Source of the DNA: Bacillales bacterium UBA4682
GTDB lineage: Bacteria; Bacillota_I; Bacilli_A; RFN20; CAG-288
Direction: 5' to 3'
Assembly: GCA_002404995.1 (NCBI GenBank)
Contig: DHKY01000004.1
Coordinates: forward strand, 122,821-186,820
Length of the DNA: 64,000 nucleotides
Shown here in pieces: positions 44,625 through 52,999 of the stretch. The notes below the pieces were generated by a model, which searched no databases, was not told where the DNA came from, and was given only the letters and a program-made list of their open reading frames with translations. The position numbers and the translations under genes were made by a program. Within the stretch, counting starts at the first letter, position 1. Each line of letters starts with the position of its first letter.

Positions 44625-46593
44625 TTTCGCTCTCCCATTCCCTAGGAATCCGTTCCTCGGTTGTCTTATCAAAGATGAAACACTTGTTCGGTTTCACCTT
44701 GAAGAAGCAATCCTGATTGACTTTGGCTTCGCTTGGAACAATAGCTTTGAAGGTTTCCTTCGTACAGCTTGGATTCTTAGCCACAACGAATAAGTCACGT
44801 CCTAAGACCTGCCTCATCTCCATCTTAGCGGAGAAGCCAAGTCCTTCTTTGTTTTCTAAGGAAATCCTTCCTTCCGGACGGATAGCAATCGTGACATCCT
44901 GATCCTTGACTTCGTTCTTGAAGGAAAGAATCTTTTCGTCTCCGATATAAACGCCGTGGTCATGGACCTTGCCAGAAAAGACGTTGATCGGCGGATTTCC
45001 TAAGAACTGAGCAACAAACAGGTTGACTGGAGAATTATAGACATCCTGCGGAGCACCGATCTGCTGTTCTTCGCCGTTTTTCCTGACAACGATCCTATCG
45101 CAGATGGACCTTGCCTCTTCCTGGTCATGGGTAACGAAGACCATGGTGATTCCGGTTTCGCGCTGGATACGCTTGATTTCCTCACGGGTCTGGAGACGTA
45201 AACGGGCATCCAAGTTGGAGAGCGGCTCATCGAGAAGAAGCCTCTTCGGTTTCTTGACCAGAGCACGGGCAATGGCAACACGCTGCTGCTGACCGCCGGA
45301 GAGCTGACTCGGCTTACGGTCTAAGTATTCGTCGACCTGGACAAGCTTTGCCGTCTCATAGACAATCTCTGCACGTTCGGATTTCGTAAGAGAACGATGG
45401 GTGATTGCTGTCTTCCTTTCGGTCTTGACATCATTCAAGCCAAGAGAAGAGGTCAGGAATTCGACTCCTTCCTTGCTTTGTTCTTCCGTGGTATGGACAA
45501 GAATGAGGAAGATATAAAGCTGTTCATCCTGATAGTAAAGCTTCAGATCCGAGAAACGGAACCCTTTCTGGCGAAGGGACTTCTTAATCGAAGAAGTGAA
45601 TTTCTGGTCATTGACAGAGGTGATTGAGAAACTAGTGCTAGCAAAAGCAACGGCCGAGGAAATCTTGTCTTCCCTTTCCTTGCGCTTAGAAGAAAGCCTA
45701 TTGGTAATACGGGCGATGAGCTCGTATCCGCTCTTGGCTTTCCTGATGGAGACAGCCTCGACATGTCCGTAGTCTTTTCCGATATTGCGGATTGCCTTGA
45801 TTGTGTCATCCCTCTTATCGGTAGTGAAATCACGGGGAAGCTTGCCTAAGAAGTTCAAAGAAATCTTCTCAAGTTCAAGCCTCTGGGTAACCTTGGCGCG
45901 GATTTTGGTATCATACAGGGCTTCGCTAGACTGGACTTCTTTCTCATCCGTCTTTGTCCTAGGAATGACTTCGCAGACATGGGATGTGAAGAGCTCTTTC
46001 AGCTCACGTGCGACATTCTTCAGATGGAAGTTCAGAACGAGTTCTTTACCTTCATAATCCGAAGAAACATTCTTGTCTTTCCTCTTTGAAACATCGTTTC
46101 CATCCAGATTCCTTTCCAGGACGAAATTCTTCTTGGTGAAGCCGATACGTTTGGCAAGAGAGAAGAAAGACTCCCGGATACCTTCGACATGGTCTTTCTT
46201 TGTCCTCTTATAGGAATAAGACAAATCAAAATCGAAGAAGGTAACAAGCGGAACCTCGACCTTCAGATTCGTAAGCGGGAATTCGATATTTTTGAAGATG
46301 GTCCTATGCGGATAAAGAGCATAGTTCTGGAAAACCAAACCGATACCGCGCTTTTCCGGAGACAAGTTCGTGACTTCCTGGTCACCGAACCAGACTTCAC
46401 CGGAAGTCGGCTTCTGCAATCCGGAAATCCTGTATAAGGTCGTAGACTTACCACAGCCGGAAGGACCAAGGAGTCCTACAAGCTTTCCATCCGGAACAAC
46501 GAAATCGAGGTTATTCACGGCAATCGTATCGTGAATGTTCTTTTTCGCATTTCCGGCAAAGATTTTCGTCAGATTCTTGAGTTTGATTTCCAT
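44617..46593 (-). CDS. ABC transporter ATP-binding protein (MalK/UgpC-like) with ~300-aa insertion in the helical subdomain
   Basis: Walker A GPSGCGKST, Q-loop VFQNYALYPH, then ~300 K/E-rich residues before LSGGQQQRVAIARAL, Walker B LLLDEPLSNLD, H-loop VTHDQ, C-terminal TOBE-like domain. Confidence 0.85.
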   Translation of the reverse strand: MEIKLKNLTKIFAGNAKKNIHDTIAVNNLDFVVPDGKLVGLLGPSGCGKSTTLYRISGLQKPTSGEVWFGDQEVTNLSPEKRGIGLVFQNYALYPHRTIFKNIEFPLTNLKVEVPLVTFFDFDLSYSYKRTKKDHVEGIRESFFSLAKRIGFTKKNFVLERNLDGNDVSKRKDKNVSSDYEGKELVLNFHLKNVARELKELFTSHVCEVIPRTKTDEKEVQSSEALYDTKIRAKVTQRLELEKISLNFLGKLPRDFTTDKRDDTIKAIRNIGKDYGHVEAVSIRKAKSGYELIARITNRLSSKRKEREDKISSAVAFASTSFSITSVNDQKFTSSIKKSLRQKGFRFSDLKLYYQDEQLYIFLILVHTTEEQSKEGVEFLTSSLGLNDVKTERKTAITHRSLTKSERAEIVYETAKLVQVDEYLDRKPSQLSGGQQQRVAIARALVKKPKRLLLDEPLSNLDARLRLQTREEIKRIQRETGITMVFVTHDQEEARSICDRIVVRKNGEEQQIGAPQDVYNSPVNLFVAQFLGNPPINVFSGKVHDHGVYIGDEKILSFKNEVKDQDVTIAIRPEGRISLENKEGLGFSAKMEMRQVLGRDLFVVAKNPSCTKETFKAIVPSEAKVNQDCFFKVKPNKCFIFDKTTEERIPREWESENA

Positions 46594-46603
46594 AATCTAT
46601 CTC

Positions 46604-48112
46604 CTATTTCGTTCCGTCATCGCTTGACCTGTCGTCCAGTTTCAGTCTTTCCTTCTCCTTTCGCTGCTTCCAATTCTTGAAGGCAGTGATACCGGATTTG
46701 ATGAAGAATCCGATAGCGAAGATAGAAAGGATAGAAAGAACAACAATGAAGTTATCGACAGGGTTATAAACCGTCATCGTATTATTGAACTGGTTTCCAC
46801 GAAGTATGATGAAGAAGATATCGAAGAGGAAGACGCCGAGAGAAGCAGAGATGAGGATGGAGCGAAGGAGGAAGCGTTTGTTATTGACGCGTCGGAATTC
46901 ATCATTGCGGAACTTTTTCTTCTCATAGAAGAAGAGTCCTGTAGCAAGTCCGCCGAAGACGACAAGATAGAGAACAATAGACAGGATCGTAATCCTAGTG
47001 AAGTTATGTTCCTTGATGTCGTTCCTCTCATGTTTCAGAGGATTGCCGGAATAGAAGGTAAGACGTCCGATACGGGCCTTGTACTCGGTAGATGTAATAT
47101 CCTTTTCCGAAGAAGTATAGCGGAGTTTCCTCGAGAAGCCGATGTGAGCCAAAGAGAAGTACTCGATTTCCCCCTCTGGAAGATCCTTGAACAGGATGCA
47201 GTATTTCTGCTTTCCGTTCTTAAGAAGCATCGTAGAGCCAAGCGAACCTTCCCTTGCGCTCCGTTCCACAGTCTCGCCGTTCTTTAACGTAATCTGGAAC
47301 ACCGCGTCTTTCAATGAAGGAATGGTATCGTAGAAGTAGACTTCTCCACTCTCAATCTTTGATTTCCATTTCTTATAAGCAGAGGCTTTCAGCTCTCCGT
47401 ACCGGCTTTCCCTGTCGTTCGTAATTGTCAGGGAAAATGCGGCATATTTTCCAAATGTGGAGATTTCCTCGATGGAACCATAAAGGTTTTCGCTCAATTC
47501 CACATTGTTTTTAGCAGCGCCTTCAATCGTAGTTTTCTGTCCATCGTAGTAGTATTTCTTGTCCAGGACAGGAACAAAGCCTTTGCTTTGACGTTCCGCA
47601 AGATAAATATTGAAGTATTTCAAAGTCGAGCGATTGATCGTCTCCCCTTCTTTCTTAGGAAGATCAATATCAATCCTCAAGGTGCGGGCACCGATATTGT
47701 ATCCAATACCATCGTAAGGGTTGTTTTCAGAAACTTTGCGGCAGCTCGTTTCACGCCTTTCCGTACTCTTTCCGTCTTCTAAGACAACCTGGTACTGGAC
47801 AACCAAAGGAAGATACCTATCGCCTTCGCCATAGTATCCGAAAATGAAATCCAGAGAGGACGTGTTGGTTTCGAACTCAACATGGTAAGACTGAGAAGAA
47901 GCAGTCGAACTCGAAATCGTCCTGTAGGATACCAGTGTCGAATCGATAGTATCTGCTCTTTCCCTCCCTGCATTCGAGTGGAGGTTTTCCGTCACTGTAT
48001 TCAGGAGAGGTCCTTTCACAGAACTTTTTGTCCGGTTAGGAACAGTAAACGACACTAACGAAAAAGCCAATGGCAGAACCAATGTGGATAGTAAAACGTC
48101 TTTTGCTTTCAT
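46604..48112 (-). CDS. Secreted/membrane-anchored hypothetical protein (signal peptide, large ecto-domain, 3 C-terminal TM)
   Basis: 502 aa with AGGAG SD. First gene behind its own promoter, ahead of the ABC genes. Confidence 0.55.
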   Translation of the reverse strand: MKAKDVLLSTLVLPLAFSLVSFTVPNRTKSSVKGPLLNTVTENLHSNAGRERADTIDSTLVSYRTISSSTASSQSYHVEFETNTSSLDFIFGYYGEGDRYLPLVVQYQVVLEDGKSTERRETSCRKVSENNPYDGIGYNIGARTLRIDIDLPKKEGETINRSTLKYFNIYLAERQSKGFVPVLDKKYYYDGQKTTIEGAAKNNVELSENLYGSIEEISTFGKYAAFSLTITNDRESRYGELKASAYKKWKSKIESGEVYFYDTIPSLKDAVFQITLKNGETVERSAREGSLGSTMLLKNGKQKYCILFKDLPEGEIEYFSLAHIGFSRKLRYTSSEKDITSTEYKARIGRLTFYSGNPLKHERNDIKEHNFTRITILSIVLYLVVFGGLATGLFFYEKKKFRNDEFRRVNNKRFLLRSILISASLGVFLFDIFFIILRGNQFNNTMTVYNPVDNFIVVLSILSIFAIGFFIKSGITAFKNWKQRKEKERLKLDDRSSDDGTK

Positions 48113-48164
48113 CGAATGTATCTCCTAACTTGATTTTTATTGAAAGAAGGTCTCATCTCTAGTT

Positions 48165-48193
48165 AATTATAGCCCAAAATATCGCCTGTCTCA
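48165..48193 (-). promoter_or_regulatory. Sigma-A promoter for the 46604-48112 / ABC operon
   Basis: Minus strand TTGAGA, 17-nt spacer, TATAAT. Confidence 0.6.
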
Positions 48194-48207
48194 ACGCTAA
48201 AAACGAT

Positions 48208-49269
48208 TTATTCATCGAGTCTATCCGGTGCAACAAACGAAGCAGAAACTTTCTTTCCGGAGGAATGAGCCCTGGTAGCTTCCGCAAGCGAATAGTAAAT
48301 TGGTTCAATAGAATCATCGATTTCGTAAAGTCCGAGCCTGTATTCGCCGAAATCCTGTCGGTTCTTTGTGAAGGCAAGCCTGGAGATGTCGATGATCAAA
48401 GGAAGGCCAAAGGTAAGAAAGGAAAGAGAGATGATTGCAAACCTGCGGATAAATCCATAGGCAAGATATCTCCCCGTCCGGACATGAAGAAGCGAATGTT
48501 CTGTCAGTCCGATTTTGTAAATCAGCCTGCCGATTGTCTTTCTGCTCCGCTTCCTGATAAGACAAGGAAGCCTGTAAGTCAGAAACGAAGCAAGGACCAC
48601 TGCGATAGGAAGCTCAAGTGCAATCCTGTAGATGCTCTCTGAGTGAATGTCCTTCTGGTACTGAGGAAAATAGTTGTAAAGGATTTTATTGGCTTCGACA
48701 TCGAAATAGTCTTCATAGACTTTGTTATAGTCCGCCCATTTGGCCTGGCATTCCTTGTTTTCGGAAATCTGATTGTCCGATAGAACAAACCTTGGAATAT
48801 CGTTGAAATTGGCTTTTAGAAGATAGGAGTCAAATCCCGTCTTAATTTCATTGTATTCATTCTCAGAGAGCTTTTCCTTGCAATAGGAGAAAAACGTGTA
48901 GAGTCCTTCCTGATAGGACTTCTTTTTCCCAAATTCCGTGACATCGGAATTGTCTTTATAATAAGAGACAAGATCAATGTCCTTCCCGTTTCTGGTCCTA
49001 TAAACACCGCTATCCGTCTTATGAAGATGGATTCTTTCTTCCCTGTTTTTATAGCTCGGAGTAGTCTGGACAATCGAACGGGCAGTAAAGAAAAAGAGGA
49101 CGCCTAAAGCAACACAGATAAATAAATCAATGATTCTAGCCATGACCCGCTTAGTCCTATCTGCGCGGTGGTATTTGATGTTGACCTTCGGAGTCTCTTG
49201 TTGAATCGGTTTTGGATTCCTGTTATCCATTTTATTGCTTGCTCCTTGGTAATTGTTCATAGTCGGCAC
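48208..49269 (-). CDS. RDD-family-like membrane protein, paralog B (start likely ATG at 49230)
   Basis: RVMARIIDLFICVALGVLFF and ...IRKRSRKTIGRLIYKIGL... An ATG at 49230 sits 1 nt after the upstream gene's stop with AAGGAG upstream. An alternative start at 49269 overlaps the upstream gene. Confidence 0.6.
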   Translation of the reverse strand: MPTMNNYQGASNKMDNRNPKPIQQETPKVNIKYHRADRTKRVMARIIDLFICVALGVLFFFTARSIVQTTPSYKNREERIHLHKTDSGVYRTRNGKDIDLVSYYKDNSDVTEFGKKKSYQEGLYTFFSYCKEKLSENEYNEIKTGFDSYLLKANFNDIPRFVLSDNQISENKECQAKWADYNKVYEDYFDVEANKILYNYFPQYQKDIHSESIYRIALELPIAVVLASFLTYRLPCLIRKRSRKTIGRLIYKIGLTEHSLLHVRTGRYLAYGFIRRFAIISLSFLTFGLPLIIDISRLAFTKNRQDFGEYRLGLYEIDDSIEPIYYSLAEATRAHSSGKKVSASFVAPDRLDE

Positions 49270-50308
49270 TGGATATCAGCACGGATGAGGACAGCCAATC
49301 GGAGAAGGAACGGTTGAGGGAATTAATCAGAAGGAAAACCAGAGAGACGAGATCTAAGGCAAGTCCAGAGAGACTGACAGATAAAGTAGGGAAAGAGAAA
49401 AGCTGGGTGAAAGGAATATAGAAGCAAGGAAGGAAAATCAGATAAGGCAGCGTAAAGAGCCTATTGAGGATAAAGCTGTAGCATCGTTTTCCGCGTGAAA
49501 GAGTTCGGAATCCATTCACATTGATTCGGTCGGTCTTCCTCGCCATCCTGCCAAGTGTCTTTCCCCGCTTATGGATCATGGGAACAAGGAGGAAGCAGAT
49601 AACAGAAGAAAGAAGAAAAGAAAGAATCGAGCAGATTACGACTGAATAATTGAAATTCTTCTGGCCCTGTTTCCTTTTTCCGTCTGCACTTTGGAAAGCA
49701 GTGAAAAAGGGGCCTTGGTTTTCTTCGCTTTCCCTATCCTTCAGCCTGTTTCCGTACCTCCTGGCAAAAAAGCTGTTCTTGAAGTAGGTGAGATCCGTCT
49801 TGCCTTTCTCGGTCAGTTCGTCCTTTTCGTCTAAGAGCGGAAGGAATTCCTCTCGGTATTTCTCTTTCCTTTTCCTTTTATCCCCATCTGGTTCGAAGAA
49901 CACGTTCGAACTGGTGTGATTATAGATATCCTGCAAGCCTTCCATCGTTATCTTCTTGATACCAATATAGTAGTTCTTGAAATAATCGTTGCTTCCGTCA
50001 CTCAGTTGCCCTTTCAGGAAAAGAAGCGAAGAGTATTCCCTAATCAAAGAAGTATCATCGTTCTCCATCTCATCCGTCTTCGAAAGAAGGCCAGAGGAAA
50101 AAAGAAGATTCCTCTTCTCATCCTGTCCTTCTTTTTCAATCCGCTGTGCTTCCTTGACTGCTGGAACCATCTTGCTGATTGGATAACAGCAGAGAGAGAA
50201 AAGAGAAAGTCCTACAATAAAGGCAATAAAGAAATCGGCAAGAAAAACAAGAATACGGCGGCATTTTCCAAGCGGTGAAAGATCAATATAGTTTGTAGTT
50301 TTTTCCAT
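49232..50308 (-). CDS. RDD-family-like membrane protein, paralog A
   Basis: GKCRRILVFLADFFIAFIVG, long K/E-rich loop, ...IHKRGKTLGRMARKTDRINVNG..., C-terminal TMs. Its ATG abuts the stop of the SIR2-like gene (TAAATG). Confidence 0.6.
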   Translation of the reverse strand: MEKTTNYIDLSPLGKCRRILVFLADFFIAFIVGLSLFSLCCYPISKMVPAVKEAQRIEKEGQDEKRNLLFSSGLLSKTDEMENDDTSLIREYSSLLFLKGQLSDGSNDYFKNYYIGIKKITMEGLQDIYNHTSSNVFFEPDGDKRKRKEKYREEFLPLLDEKDELTEKGKTDLTYFKNSFFARRYGNRLKDRESEENQGPFFTAFQSADGKRKQGQKNFNYSVVICSILSFLLSSVICFLLVPMIHKRGKTLGRMARKTDRINVNGFRTLSRGKRCYSFILNRLFTLPYLIFLPCFYIPFTQLFSFPTLSVSLSGLALDLVSLVFLLINSLNRSFSDWLSSSVLISSADYEQLPRSKQ

Positions 50309-51613
50309 TTAAAGTTTCGAGAGATAGACTCCAATCTCACTATAATCATCAACCCAGATCACAATCAAATCAAAAGTAAAGAAATAGCTCGTCAGGTTCC
50401 GGTAAACCGAGGTAGAATACCCGTTTTCCTTCTTCAGGAAAATGAAATTGAATTTCAGGTAGTTCCGTGCAAGTTCCAGAATTCGTTTCCTGTCGGGATC
50501 CGTAAGAGAAATACCGATAAACAGACAGGCATTGAATTTAAAATCATGAAGTTGCTTCGCGATATTCCAGGAATAAGGATTATTGTACAGATAATAGTAA
50601 TCCGATTCCGTGAAGACAAGAGAATCCGTGTACCGCTTTTCTTTGCTTTTCCCGTACGGAAGCAATCCATGCACGTGATAAATATCGACCTTGGCTTCTT
50701 TATCCACAAACGAGTTCTCATCGTAGACAACCGTATAGCGAACATCCTTTTTCTTCAGCAGATATTCGAGATTCGTGTCATAGTTATAGGTAATAACACT
50801 CGTCTGCCGGTGCTTGGAAAGATATTCGTAGCAATGATAAAGAGTCGATTCCTCATTATCAAAAGTGAATTCATTGTCATAAGAATAGAGTTCATTATCA
50901 AGACAACGATAAAAGTCAAATCCGGAAGTCTTCCTGATCCTAGGAGAAGTAAAGAGTTCTTCGCCTACATAATGATGAATCTGGTCCGCGAACCGGGAAT
51001 CCCCTTGATAGAAATCCGTATTCAAGGATTCCATGAGCGAATTCCAGCTTTTTCCACCATAGTCTTCATTGATTCCGGCGCCGATAACAAGATCCACATG
51101 CAGTTTGCAGGTATAAAGCTTCCTAAGCCAGAGAATGAACGTTTCAGCAGAATCGTTCTTACCATGGAAATTATTATCCGAATCAAGGTGATAAAGAATA
51201 TCATCCGTAATCGATTCTTTTTTCTGACGGAAGCGAAGGGAAACCTTCTCTCCCTCCCTATAACCCGTTGCAAAGAACTCACGGCCATCGAAATAGATGT
51301 TCCTGGAAGCCTCTGGTTCATAAAACTCGCCTTCCCGCACAGAAGGAACTTTTACAATATTCCTATTGCCCATGACATCTAGTTTCCTGTAGTTGAAGCG
51401 TGCCCTGGTATCGTAGATATGAATCACGTATTTATGAACATGATCCTTCTTCGAATAGACAATCGCTTTAAAATTGCAGGTCGGGTCAAAGGAAAAACCA
51501 AAGGATCGAAGAATCACATGATCAAAAGGGACATTCTTAAAATAAAACCTGAACAGAGAAAGAAGAAGTCCCTTTTTTCGATAGATATAATAATCCCGTT
51601 CCTGTTTTTCCAT
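50309..51613 (-). CDS. SIR2_2-family (SIR2-like) protein with uncharacterised ~170-aa N-terminal domain
   Basis: Motifs read from the translation: LHVDLVIGAGINEDYGGKSWNSL, SVITYNYDTNLEYLL, DIYHVHGLLPYG, ACLFIGISLTDPDRKRILE. This is the canonical GAG..., TxNYD, HxHG, GxSxxD order of SIR2_2 (PF13289-like). Confidence 0.65.
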   Translation of the reverse strand: MEKQERDYYIYRKKGLLLSLFRFYFKNVPFDHVILRSFGFSFDPTCNFKAIVYSKKDHVHKYVIHIYDTRARFNYRKLDVMGNRNIVKVPSVREGEFYEPEASRNIYFDGREFFATGYREGEKVSLRFRQKKESITDDILYHLDSDNNFHGKNDSAETFILWLRKLYTCKLHVDLVIGAGINEDYGGKSWNSLMESLNTDFYQGDSRFADQIHHYVGEELFTSPRIRKTSGFDFYRCLDNELYSYDNEFTFDNEESTLYHCYEYLSKHRQTSVITYNYDTNLEYLLKKKDVRYTVVYDENSFVDKEAKVDIYHVHGLLPYGKSKEKRYTDSLVFTESDYYYLYNNPYSWNIAKQLHDFKFNACLFIGISLTDPDRKRILELARNYLKFNFIFLKKENGYSTSVYRNLTSYFFTFDLIVIWVDDYSEIGVYLSKL

Positions 51614-51670
51614 AAAATACCTGTCTGATTAATATACCATAATCTAGCGTTTTTTTGAGTAAAAGCACCT

Positions 51671-51712
51671 TTTTTAATAAAAAAGAGACTATGGTTTCCC
51701 ATAGTCTCTATT
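51671..51712 (-). terminator. Rho-independent terminator of tuf
   Basis: agagactatgg-tttc-ccatagtctct followed by TTTTTTATT on the minus strand. Confidence 0.7.
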
Positions 51713-51734
51713 GAATCGTTAGAGAGAAAACGAA

Positions 51735-52925
51735 CTAGTCGATGATCTCAGTGACGGTGCCGGCACCAACGGTGTGGCCGCCTTCACGGATAGAGAACTT
51801 CGTGTTGTTTTCGATAGCGATCGGGTGGATAAGCTCGACGGTTAACTCAACGTTATCGCCAGGCCTGACCATCTGGACATCAGCAGGAAGAGTGACGGTT
51901 CCAGTGACATCGGTGGTACGGAAGTAGAACTGAGGACGATAGTTGTTGGTGAAAGCAGTATGACGTCCGCCTTCTTCTTTCTTTAAGACGTAAACCTTGC
52001 CTTTGAACTTCTTGTGCGGAGTGACAGAGCCCGGTTTGCAGATAACCTGACCACGGACAATCTGATCACGATCGACACCACGGAGTAAAGCACCGATGTT
52101 GTCGCCGGCTTCAGCGAAGTCAAGGATCTTGCGGAACCTCTCAAGAGAGGTAACAACGCATTTACGGGTATCTAAGATACCGACGATTTCGACTTCATCG
52201 TTCGGATGTAACCTACCACGTTCGACACGGCCAGTAGCAACAGTACCACGGCCAGTGATGGTCCTGACATCCTCAACAGCCCTTAAGAACGGTTTTTCGT
52301 TATCACGGACCGGAAGCGGGATGTACTTGTCGCAGGCATTCCTTAATTCCCTGATGGACTCTTCAGCTTTGACATCGCCATTTAAGGCCTGTAAAGCAGA
52401 TCCACGGATGACCGGAAGTTCTTCTCCCGGATATCCATACTTGGAAAGAAGATCACGGACATCCATTTCGACTAAGTCGATTAATTCCGGATCATCAACC
52501 TGATCGCACTTGTTAAGGAAGACAACGATGTAAGGAACACCGACCTGACGGGCAAGTAAAACGTGCTCGCGGGTCTGCGGCCTGACACCATCGGTAGCAG
52601 CGACGACAAGGATAGCACCATCCATCTGAGCAGCACCAGTGATCCTGTTCTTGATGTAGTCGGCGTGGCCAGGGCAGTCAACGTGGGTGTAGTGACGGGA
52701 TTCAGTATCGTATTCGACGTGAGCAGCATTGATGGTGACACCACGGGCTTTCTCTTCCGGAGCAGCATCAATCTGATCATAGTTCAGAGCTTTGGATAAG
52801 CCCTTCTTTGCAAGAACGTGGGTGATAGCGGCGGTTAAAGTGGTCTTGCCGTGGTCGACGTGGCCGATCGTGCCGATGTTAACGTTCGGACGGGAACGGT
52901 CGAACTTCTGTTTAGCTTCAGCCAT
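51735..52925 (-). CDS. tuf: Elongation factor Tu
   Basis: [35 protein letters not shown]... Confidence 0.99.
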   Translation of the reverse strand: MAEAKQKFDRSRPNVNIGTIGHVDHGKTTLTAAITHVLAKKGLSKALNYDQIDAAPEEKARGVTINAAHVEYDTESRHYTHVDCPGHADYIKNRITGAAQMDGAILVVAATDGVRPQTREHVLLARQVGVPYIVVFLNKCDQVDDPELIDLVEMDVRDLLSKYGYPGEELPVIRGSALQALNGDVKAEESIRELRNACDKYIPLPVRDNEKPFLRAVEDVRTITGRGTVATGRVERGRLHPNDEVEIVGILDTRKCVVTSLERFRKILDFAEAGDNIGALLRGVDRDQIVRGQVICKPGSVTPHKKFKGKVYVLKKEEGGRHTAFTNNYRPQFYFRTTDVTGTVTLPADVQMVRPGDNVELTVELIHPIAIENNTKFSIREGGHTVGAGTVTEIID

Positions 52926-52999
52926 TATAAATTTCCTCCAAATAGATTCTTAATGACTATACACTTTTTCTACTATATTTTCAAGAATGCAGAGTGCAA

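Noticed and set aside
50546-51382. 278-aa plus-strand ORF
   Set aside because: Antisense shadow ORF inside the SIR2-like gene. Low-complexity I/F/R-rich product with no SD.
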